Positions 1 to 10,562 of a stretch of 34,766 nt of DNA are shown here, in pieces (position 1 is the first letter of the stretch; every line of letters begins with the position of its first letter). The translations under genes and the position numbers were made by a program. The notes under the pieces were generated by a model. It was not told where the DNA came from and searched no databases. It saw nothing but the letters and a program-made list of their open reading frames with translations. The DNA is from Sphaeroforma arctica JP610 (taxonomy: Eukaryota). The DNA lies in NCBI RefSeq assembly GCF_001186125.1, contig NW_014040504.1, positions 120,864 to 155,629 on the forward strand, given 5' to 3'.

Positions 1-7
1 TCTACAG

Positions 8-3000
8 TGCATCGACTGTCCCGATCAACCCGGGTGCAGGCCTGGCAACACCAAGTGCAATGACCTGACAGCCGGAGCCACACAGACACTCCTCTGCGCC
101 ACGGGCGAGTGCGAGAAAGACCTCGGCTACTACAACAACGAAACAAGCTGCGCTGGCGGTAGGTGGTACATGGGGTGTGAGGTAGAGCAGGGTACACGTG
201 GGATGGGCATGTGTGTGGATGTAGTGGGATAGAGGAGATGATCAGAGGGTGAGTGTATGTAGTTGATGGGTGAGTGTATGTATGTAGTGTGATAAACGTG
301 TGTATGTAGGTAGTGTGTATTAGTCATACGAGAATGATGAGATGAGGTGTGGGTTTAAGGTCTAGGGCTTTGTTCTTGGGTGCAGTATTCGTATTGGAGT
401 TGGATGTACGTGGTCGATTTTGTGTGCTGTGGGGTTCAGCCAGGTGAGAAAAGTCTGCTTGTTGAATGGAATGAGGGATGGGTTGGTGTCCAATATATAT
501 ATATATATAATGTGCGTCGGGGTTCTGGGCTATGCAACAATGTGCTCGATTTATACATGTCTTAGCTCATACCAGCATAGTTACAGTACAGCATCGAAGC
601 CCCATGCTAATCTACAATGGCGTACACCCAGGCTTCATCCGTGCAGACCCAAATGGAGTGTGTGTGTATCTCCCCGTGCATATCCTGCATTGCTACCATT
701 CTCACACCAGAGGCGTACATAGTCAATAGTAGTACAGAACGGCACGCATGGTCTGTAGGTATTGCGCATGTGCCTGAACTCAGCCCGCCTAAACGTTTTG
801 AATTCCTCTACAGACTATTCGGCGTGTAAGTTGGCGGATATGACGTATGAGCTGTGCTTCCCCGAAGAAGATTACGATGACGAATTTGAGTACTACTTCT
901 TGCAAGAATTGGCGGATTTCGGCGCCCTAGTCGGCGTTCCGGTAAGTTCTTAGCACACCTTTTCAACACACATATATATAATACTTAACCATATATATAT
1001 ATATATATACATATACACATATATATGTATATGTATCTGTATATATACATATATATATATATCGTTAACATGTTGAGATATGTATCGAATCTCTACTCTA
1101 TTTGTATGTAGGGGGTCCAACCGTATGAGTATCCTTGGCCCTTCTATGTACTTGGCATCAGAACCAACGAGACCTCCGGCAATGTCTTGGTGGATGTGAA
1201 CTTCACAACCGACGCAGCAGCCTCGTCAATGATTACCAATACATTGGTAAGTCTCCCACATGCATGTATAAACGTGTTTGGATGTTTGTGTTACGTATGG
1301 ACTGATCCGGCATCACTCAGCCCTTAGCGTTGCATGTTGTCCTTATCTTATAGTCCGTCCGTATATCTACATCTATCGATGCGAGTGTTGTTTTATGAGT
1401 ACGTACTTACTAAGTACGATAGTTCCTTCAACGACTGCCTTTGTATAGGCGTGGAATTAGCACAAAGTCTCATAAGTGACCGGTATGAAGACCCTCTCGG
1501 GTGACCTATTGGCTTCGTACGGAATGTTCAGTTGTGCTTCTTTGGCGTATGGTCACTCTTATGTGATTCCATGCAGGTGACTGACTAAGGGCAGTTTAGG
1601 GTTTATCGTTCTGTTTTTTGATATGTTTGCATGTCTCAGGAAGCCTCTGGGGGTTTAGTTGTTGCATGCTTTTACCCCGATGATTTATCTCTCCAATCTT
1701 CTTCTCCATCATACAAAGGTCACATAGTTTCGAATACTAACCACACCCATTCGTTCCTAAACCCAAACCCCAAACCATACCCAAATTTCTCTGCCAGGCG
1801 GCGGCTTTGGGCGATGCAAACGTAAACGGAAACATCCGCGCACAGACGGATCAGTTGGCCGAGCTAGGAGTGCAGTGTGTAGTGCGTCTGTTAAACGCCA
1901 ACTCCACACTTCTAACCGGACAGTCCAACTACCAGGGGCGCGAAATCCAGTCCCGTCCTATTTGTCTGCGTATGTTATTGGGTTTTAGGGGTTTGTAACC
2001 CAACCCCTGGGTGTGTTGGGGTTGCCTGTCGCCTGCAGATGAACGCATACGTATATAGTTCAGTAGTTTTGAAGAAGTCGGATATTTGTGTGCGTTTATG
2101 CAGAATTCTATCGTAAAGCAGATGGACACTCCAGGATACGACACACACGAGTGACACAATTCATAGTAGTTCTGAGCGCTTTGAGTTTACATGTACGACT
2201 ATATAGATATGGATATAACGTATGCACATACATCTGTTCTTGGTGTAGCTCTAATCTTAACACTTCGAGGTAGAAGTCTCGCATCAAGGACTCTAATATC
2301 AAAAATCCTAATCTATAAAGTTTACATACATACGTACATTCATTGAATATGTGATTCCGTACACATCCTCTTTCAGACACTCCTCACACCTTCGTCGTTT
2401 ATGTGCGTCAAACCCATACGCCACTCTAGAGAGCGTATGACCACGCGTTAGTTTCACACACATGTCCTATTTATATATATATACAACACACCTATATCAT
2501 AAACATATTTATGCTTCACTCACAAATGCCACATATATATATTGTATTATATATATATACGTATACATATATATATATATACGTATACATATATATATAT
2601 ATATATACGTATACATATATATATATATATATACGTATACATATATATATATATATATACGTATACATATATATATATATTTCACACATGTCATATTTAT
2701 ATATATATACATAACTCACAAATTATACATATCTTAACATGTCGTTGTCTGTTCTCCCGAACCCAGAATGCCACACCATCGATAACTGTATCGTCGAGCC
2801 CGAGTGCCCCAACTGTCCCATCCGCTCGAGGTGCCCTACGTGTCAACAAGGATACTACAATAATCGCTCTACATCTGTGTTTACGCCTGACACGTGTGAG
2901 AAGTGTATAGATGCGCGTAACTGTACTGATGGCTACACCACCTGCGTCAGTAGTAACTCACCCGAGTGCTTGGCTGGTATGTGAGTGGGTTGGATGGATC

Positions 3001-6000
3001 CCTTTACATCACACATCGGATGGGCTGATGTGTTTGTGCGTGCATGCACACCCGCTCGTGGTCGTGTTGGGTTGGACAGATGTGTATAGCGTTGGTGACA
3101 AGAGCTGGTCGCAGTATGAAAAGAATCAGAGAAGCTACCCGAATAATTCCAAATTTTTCTGAATTCTCGCCTAATCTTGCTGAAATTTGGCTCCAAATCA
3201 GGTCGTTGTGAATCTGGTTACTGGAACAACCCTGGCCCGCCTCCACTTGACTGTGGATTCCAGGACGCTTACAAATGCTGGAGTGAGAAAGCCATTATCG
3301 AATTAGCTCAGAATTCATCTGTAAGTCACATGTCTCCTGCCTAATCCGCATGTCATATATCTGCACCAGTTGTGTTTCTTATGTACTTTTCTTATTCCCT
3401 TGGTCCCAATTTTGACTGTTCGCTGTCAAATTTGGGCCCAACCCCAAAACAATCGGGAAGCACTCTGTACCCCTGTTATTCCACGTTTAGTTCTGAATCA
3501 GGTCAGCAGTGAAATACGTTCAAATCCTGGATGTCCACGGGTTTTAGGGTTTTCGTGCTATTTTTTTACCCTGGTTTCACTGTCGCTTATACACCCCTAC
3601 GTACAGCAAGTGTCATCGGACTATTCGCTGTGGTGGATCGCTGAGTATGGCATTGACTTTGTGCGGCCGTTCTACTACTGTCCGTTCCAGGTGAGTGCGT
3701 CTGACGACCTAACCTCCCGTGCATACTTCCATGTAAAACATGTGCACCTCAATACATATATAAATCACAGTATATGGATCGGCCATTCATATTCATGTCC
3801 ACAGTCACAGTACACAGTCGGTGCACGCATTCGGATGGTATAACTACTGACGAACAACGAGTGCGTGCCTATTTGGGTGTGAATGATATAAGCTACCCAT
3901 ATCCTGTACGCACGTGTATGTCCCCTCAACTACCTAAACCCCCTCCCCTCCCCCGCGCGCAACAATTAATCTCGAGATTTCTTTAGGGGTTCAAGGTTTT
4001 TTATTCTGCTGGCTAGCTCCTACTATGGTTTCAGGGTATTTATTTATTCCGCTGTGTACTTATTTTAGCAACTCCTACTATTCCCGCGTACATAAATCAG
4101 GGTAACTGTGAGGTAGCGCTCTGGAATGTGGAAGAGGAGAAGCATGCAGGCTATATAACTGTGCCCAGTGAACAGGTGGCGTACTGGAACTACTGGCTGC
4201 CCGGATGGTCTGAGAATATCACCGATTTTCAGTACTGGAGACCTACAGAGTATGTGTGTGGTTGTACTTAGTGCTACTTGTGGATAGGTATATACAAGGT
4301 GCATGCCTACGCGCATAGGGCAAATAAGTCTATAATTTATCATGTCTATATATAGTCATCTATCATAAGTCTATATAAAGTCATCTATCATATAAGTCTA
4401 TAAATAGTCATCTAGTATATAAATTCGTATATAGTCATCTATCATAAGTCTATATAAAGTCATCTATCATATAAGTCTATAAATAGTCATCTAGTATATA
4501 AATTCGTATATAGTCATCTAGCACATAAGTCTATATATAGTCATCTAGTATATAAATGCATATATTGTCATCTATCATAGAAGTCTATATATAGTCATCT
4601 AGCATATGTCTATTTATAGTCATCTAGCATATGTCTATTTATAGTCATCTAGCATATGTCTATTTATAGTCATCTAGTATATAAATACATATTATTGTCG
4701 ACTGTCTGGTAGATGTCAAAACAACACCAACTTCCGATACTAAAGGCCTACAGATTCAATTTATGTGTAGGTATATGCTGTAAGGTGAAAGTACATGAAG
4801 ACAGGGCACATGCACTCATATATGTGTGAGAACACAGAAAAATAGTGTACATTAAGCAACGAGTTTGGAAGATCTTCCATCCTGTCATGTACGCCTCAGC
4901 TGATCCATATTGTCATAAATCCACACAGAAACCAGAATGCTCATACCTTGGCAGTTCCGTCTTATAGTCGGGCGTGACACTTAATTGTTGTAATATCCTT
5001 TCTCCATACTTACGATGTTCAGCTTCAGCTATCACAACGTATTACCTGCATATTACATGTCTGCTTGCACTGCATGGAGTTTCTTCTCAATTCTCTGGTT
5101 ACAAAGTACCTACCTACTTATAAGAACCTTACCGTATTATATAGCTTCTCTCTTTATTACACATTCATCTACATATATTGTGCCTCTCTGGTTATAAAGT
5201 ACTTACATACTAATAAATATACTTACCTACTTATAACCTCTCTGCCACAGCCGTGATCAAATCAAGTACTACCAGGACAACTACGAGACTCTGATTAGAA
5301 TCTACGGTAACTCCTTCGGCCAGTGCATGCACACTGAACCCACATGGGCATCGCCATGTAAACGTATGTATTTATTAGTTTGTTGTGATATCTGCGAGAA
5401 TGTCCAGTTCTTGTTGTTTGAGACGCGCAAACGTACGTGTTTTGAAAAAATGTATATATATATAATAGTTTGCTTTGATATATTTGGGATGTGCAAACGT
5501 ATGTCTTACAAGTCCCAATTGGATCTATGCTAATTTGTTGTGATATCTGTAGAACTGTTGTGTCCGTGTTGTTTGGGCAGTGTAAATGTATGTCGTAACG
5601 TCTTTGGGTTTGGGGTTGTTCATATGTACGCTATCCAGCGATACTGATTTGTGCGTATACACAGTTGGGCCGGGTGAATGTATGTTGCTGTAGTCACCGA
5701 ATGCTCATGTGTTTATGTGATATGGATATGGAATAGGGTTTTGCGGGATTTCTAGGCCGCACGCCCCACATGTCCTAGATTTGTTTGCCTTGTGTTCAGC
5801 TGGTTCCTGCATATTTTCTGGACCGGGTATGTTTTAAAGTTTTAGGGTTTTAGGGTCATGCATAACATCTGGACCGGGTATAATTGGTCTTGCACTGGCC
5901 ATCCACACTCACGATCGCTTTAGTATACCTACTCACACTGCTTAACTTTATACTACAACTGACATGCCATATAGGCTGGACGGAATGTGACGCTTTCACT

Positions 6001-8138
6001 GAATTCCCACTCAACGCGCCGACGAACATTGAGGACCGCATTTGCTTAAACTGTCGCCAGGTGAATTGGGTCTTGTATTATGTGCACTTTGATAAATTAT
6101 TGTTCTGTTTCAAATCTCATTGGAAAGTGTAGAACCAATTACTTCCTGGTTCGCTTCGTATTTCATTCATATATATATATATATATATGTGTGTGTGTCT
6201 TTGTCTTTGTCTTTGTCTTTGTCTTTGTAGCCTTCCTGGTCTACTTCGTATTCATACCTTCTTGATTCGCTTCCGTACCAACTATAGGCTAATGAGACTA
6301 TGTGTGGCTCACCGGACCGGTCAGTATATGCGGGTTGCCTGGATTACTACTGGGATGGCACCCAGTGCACACATTGCAGCAATGCAGGCGCAGACTCCTG
6401 CGGGTGCGGCCTTGGGGCAATTACTGACCCTGACGCATGTGGTACACAAGGATCTGAGAGTTCTGTCAGGTATGTTCCATGCTATCTATATATATATATA
6501 TATATATATATATGAATACATGTCACTTGATTTTATATGTGCTAACCTACCACTAAAACACAATCGTTTTTACGCTGCAGTTGTTTCAATTGGTACTTCA
6601 ACACGGACCTCGGTACCAAGCCTTATCTGGACTATGTAGACGATGGCAACTCAACCGTTAACAACACTGAGATTATTCAAGACGGCTTCTGTTGTCGTTG
6701 CGAGCCAGTGGGTACGTGTTTTGGCTACATAAAAATTACTTTTTGCAGATATCTTGCTTTGTATCCCTGATCACACATGTTTTTGCATCTCAGAAGTAAA
6801 CCTGCAACAGATGTATTTGTTTGAATCTAATAGCACCCATCGGTCGATTGACCCATACTAGACTTTTTCTCGCATTTACTTATTTGTTCACGTCGTCATA
6901 TCAAGTCCCTTGCACTCGCAACCCGTGTGAGTAGCGCTGGGGTTGCTTTTAACCTCACCGCTCAGTCAGCATTTCATCCACGCCGCTTCTACGTACAGAC
7001 TATTGCCAACCGGGCATGAGTGTGTGTGTCAGTGCTACGAGTAAAGGATGTCTGTCTGGATTCTGCACTGAGTCCAATGTCGAGACCAGCAGCTCAGAAT
7101 GGCCTGGGGTGCAGTGTTCAAGTAAGTACTCGCGTGTGTAGAGATGTCTACATGAGTTTTGTGTAGAAATGTCTACATGAGTTTTGTGTAGAAATGTCTA
7201 CATGAGTTTTGTGTAGAAATGTCTACATGAGTTTTGTGTAGAAATGTCTACATGAGTTTTGGGTAGAGATGTCTGCCTGAGATATATATTATTTATATAT
7301 ATATATATATACATGTTTTGGATGAGCACTCACACATTGCACACACAGGGTATTCCGCCTTAGTTTATATGTGTTTACCATTTATGGCATGTTTATCCTA
7401 CCGGTGCTCGTATTGTACGCCTTAATTCTTACAAAATCACACCGGGTTCCCAGGATAATCGCTATCCATGGTACAATTCCATACAGTGTGATCTAGTCCA
7501 GAAATTCACTCCTCGGCTCTGAAATAAGACTGCGATTTGGCCCGGATCTTAATAGTTGTAATCGTGACTAATTCGCGCCGCAGAGGTTTCACACTAGCTT
7601 ATTCCGTCTCTGTCTTCTCCTTCAACAGATCAAAACTGCGAGGACGCAGGAGTTGTCTGTGCCAACGATCAAGAATATACCCCATACCAGGTTTGGTTTC
7701 ACTTACTGCTTTCTACGCACTAGATCGATAAGCAAAGATATCAAAACAATGTACAAGTGTATGTGTATAAATGTACAAGTGCACGTGTATGAATGTATAA
7801 ATGTATGTGTATGAATGTGCAAGGGGGGGGGTTTAAGTGTACGTGTATAAATGTACTGTGGAATAACTTCTAGTCTGTATACTCAGTGCGGCCATTGATG
7901 CAGTAAAGCAACGCTAGAATCTCTACCGTCTGGAGTGGCACATCGGCAACAGTAAGCGTATAAAAACTAGCATAGTCATACTGGCATTTTGTGTGCGAAC
8001 ACTACTCAAAAGTGCGCCTTCATTTCCTTTCACCAGGTCATCTATACCTTCGCGGATTCAGAGTCGGGTGCATGTTGCATTGATCAGCCCGTGCTCACCC
8101 CAGCACCAACTCCTCTCTCGTATGGAACAGCAGTTTAA
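8..8138 (+). CDS. Large cysteine-rich, probably secreted or cell-surface protein, 5'-partial (15 exons, 648 aa in window), with furin/growth-factor-receptor-like Cys repeats, a SEA-like module and a TNFR-like Cys repeat
   Basis: Hand-assembled exons 8-158, 814-941, 1112-1246, 1798-1969, 2767-2976, 3202-3320, 3607-3690, 4101-4249, 5251-5363, 5975-6060, 6288-6469, 6581-6711, 6999-7121, 7629-7690, 8037-8138. All introns are GT..AG and the phases chain without a stop (1947 nt) to TAA at 8136-8138. Translation runs [17 protein letters not shown]...[37 protein letters not shown]...[21 protein letters not shown]. Several N-x-S/T sequons are present. Domain names are by-eye inference. Confidence 0.85.
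2530..2710. repeat. Compound (TA)n microsatellite punctuated by TATACGTATAC
   Basis: Directly visible in intron 4 of the Cys-rich gene. It generates the spurious Y/I-rich ORFs on both strands. Confidence 0.95.
4343..4690. repeat. Intronic minisatellite, ~22-25 bp unit (TATATAGTCATCTA[T/G]CATAAGTC-like)
   Basis: The AGTCATCTA core recurs more than a dozen times in the intron after exon 4101-4249. Confidence 0.9.
7136..7280. repeat. Intronic 25-bp tandem repeat GTGTAGAAATGTCTACATGAGTTTT, ~5.8 copies
   Basis: Units start at 7136, 7161, 7186, 7211, 7236 and 7261. Each contains the inverted repeat TGTAGA-N4-TCTACA. Confidence 0.95.
7749..7856. repeat. Degenerate intronic ~22-bp repeat (ATGTACAAGTGTATGTGTATAA-like)
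   Basis: About four imperfect copies, interrupted by a G run. Confidence 0.7.
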
Positions 8139-9190
8139 ACGTGCAATACACCATTGAGGTTATATCTATATACGTATATATATATATATATATATTACTA
8201 GCAGCGAGGCTCTTGTGGTGCGTCGTGGGAAACGGTACAGCATACGTCGTACGTGGAAAGTGAAAGTGAAATATTCAGTGGTCGACACTGATCATCGGCC
8301 GATGTCCCTGACGAAAGCTATGGGTTTCACCATTTTGTTAACACTGAAATAATGTCAGCACTCTTTAGCTTCGCTGCTCAAAGGCAGTGAGAAAGCTTGC
8401 GTCTGTTTGGATGGCGCGCAGAATAACAATATGAAGTATAGAAGTATATGAAACTATATATGGTCGGGAAATGACAGGACACAAATGAAGTGCCTAAGAC
8501 CGTGGCCAATACAAATGGACAGGATTGTCCGGAGAAAGCCAACGTTTTTGCAGAGCAAGTAATGATACGAGAAATACTGAAGTGAAAACAACAATTTTGA
8601 ATAAATATGAATTTGTAACGATAACGGGGTATATGAAACCGTGGCTTAAGTTTAAGGTTTTTCATCACAGCGAATGTATTCATACAAGTGCACCATTCTT
8701 TTATAAAATTGACTTGCTACCTGATACCACTACTATCCGTTTTTAGAAAATTGAACGTCTATGAAGTCGCTCCAGGAGGGTCACCAGCATGACTCAATCA
8801 TCTAATAGGCGGCCCTAGTAGAACGCTCGGCGAGTTCAATGCTCAGACAGGCATTGTCGTACTAAATAATAACTTTATAGATGTTAAGTTGTTTTGTACA
8901 TAGTCTTTCCGGGCCTGCTTTCCTTTTGTAAAACACCACACAACCAAGCGCTGTAGAAGCAAAATATAACGTATGCCCTAGCTTCAATAGGTGTGTGTAG
9001 CCCAGAATATGTCGTTACCACGATGTGAAGAGGCACAGGTACGCGAAGTACACATAGCCATGAAGGACGAAAACACAGTCGATAGATTAATCATAATATT
9101 CAACTTACATGGTCACATCGTCGGTATGGTTGCGTTGTCTTATCATATCACATCGATTTCCAACTCCACTCGTAAACGCTTCGTACGCTA

Positions 9191-9737
9191 GAAGTAAAAG
9201 TATACCAACAATCTGGGGGGTATAAATTGTTTACAACCTTAGCCTTGTCTATTTAGAAATGTATGTTTTTAATACAACAACATAAAAAAATACATATTGG
9301 ATTTTTCCGTAGCGTAGATTTATGTAAAATATACTTATTTATTAGTAAATATTGTAAATACGTAAATACATAGTACATATTATGTACTAAAAAATAGTGT
9401 TATTCTGTTTTTAAAAAAGGCCTCTTGGTATTTAGCATATTGGTATTTACATAAATATATGTTATTTTGTGTACATTTTGTGAACAAATATAAGAACAAA
9501 ACAAAACTATACAGTAAAACGTTTAAAACGTTAATAAATATTATAGCCTTCTGTGTTTCAGTTTAGAAGAAGGCTATGCTTCTCAAAATTAAAAATGTAA
9601 AAAATGTATATTGTTCTATTTTCAAGGCTATGAAAAAATAGAATGCGTTTCTATTTTGTAGGTTGTTTGTTAAAAAAAACATACCGTTTATTCTATTTCT
9701 AATATTTACACAAGAGTAGTAGTATATTTTTACTTTC
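9191..9737. mobile_element. Putative AT-rich MITE/foldback-like element with degenerate inverted ends
   Basis: The left end GAAGTAAAAGTATAC (9191-9205) matches the reverse complement of 9722-9737 (GAAAGTAAAAATATAC). An inner block TTAGAAAT..GTATGTTTTTAA..CAAC (~9253-9290) also matches the reverse complement of ~9650-9703. The interior is far more AT-rich than the flanks. No TSD was identified. Confidence 0.4.
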
Positions 9738-10562
9738 AGGCTGGACCTAGATCTTCAACTTATCTACTAGCGGTAAATATTGTTCTTATTTTCGTTGGAG
9801 CAGTTCGTCTTTCATCTACATACGTTAAACCTTTGTTCAACGTTTTAAACTGCACGTGTGGGGCCACTGGTGGGTGCCGAATCCGATGACGACGTTTGGA
9901 TGTTTTGAAAGAAACTGTAAAACAAAACAAAAACTAAATAAACGGCTCACAATTTCACACCCACAGTCACAAGTAAACTTCGAGCCGCATAGTTTATTTA
10001 TAGAAATAAAGAGACAACCCAAATTATATATAAAATGATGACCGAAATCCATAAAATCTTTCCTGGAGACGCGGTTTACACTGACCGTTTATCCAATGAT
10101 TGTGAAGTGGTTTTGATTTTACGCCAATAGAATGATATAAGTTATACAGTTCAATATGCACCAATCACAATTGGATCTAACAATAGCCAAAATGTTACTT
10201 GGTAGAAATCTGCTTCTACACTTTTTAGTAGATCCGAGTGAACCGTTCCCAATTCGACGACATTATTAGGCGTTTAGACACGCCTATTTGGAAATGCTTC
10301 TCATAGCTTATGTCAGTGTGCTCGATGCGAGTGCTACAGTTCATATACGAGTGATATGGAAGGTTACACACTCACAGTTGAGGCAACTAGATAGGAAACG
10401 CCTACTTCTACACTCTAGGTCTGTGTTTGAAGATCACATTCGCATCAGCAACGTAGTTTTTGCTTCTCATAAATTTCACTGGTGTACTATAGTCTTCTGA
10501 GGGCATATCGATAGCTTGATTCACTCTTTTATCTCCAAGTATTACGTGAAATAGTATCCAAA

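Noticed and set aside
2462..2737. Several overlapping Tyr/Ile-rich ORFs on both strands
   Set aside because: They are translations of the intronic (TA)n microsatellite.
7136..7280. 25-bp repeat with a TCTAC..GTAGA stem reminiscent of a Cas12a CRISPR repeat
   Set aside because: Copies are head-to-tail with no unique spacers, lie in a eukaryotic intron, and have no cas genes nearby.
8300..8380. CTGACGAAAG as a hammerhead ribozyme core
   Set aside because: I could not build stems I-III with a correctly placed GAAA and cleavage triplet.
8378..10500. Short ORFs and a minus-strand GTAAGT..TTCTACAG intron-like pair between genes 1 and 2
   Set aside because: No recognisable protein motif or consistent exon chain. 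This may be a decayed gene or transposon but is unsupported.
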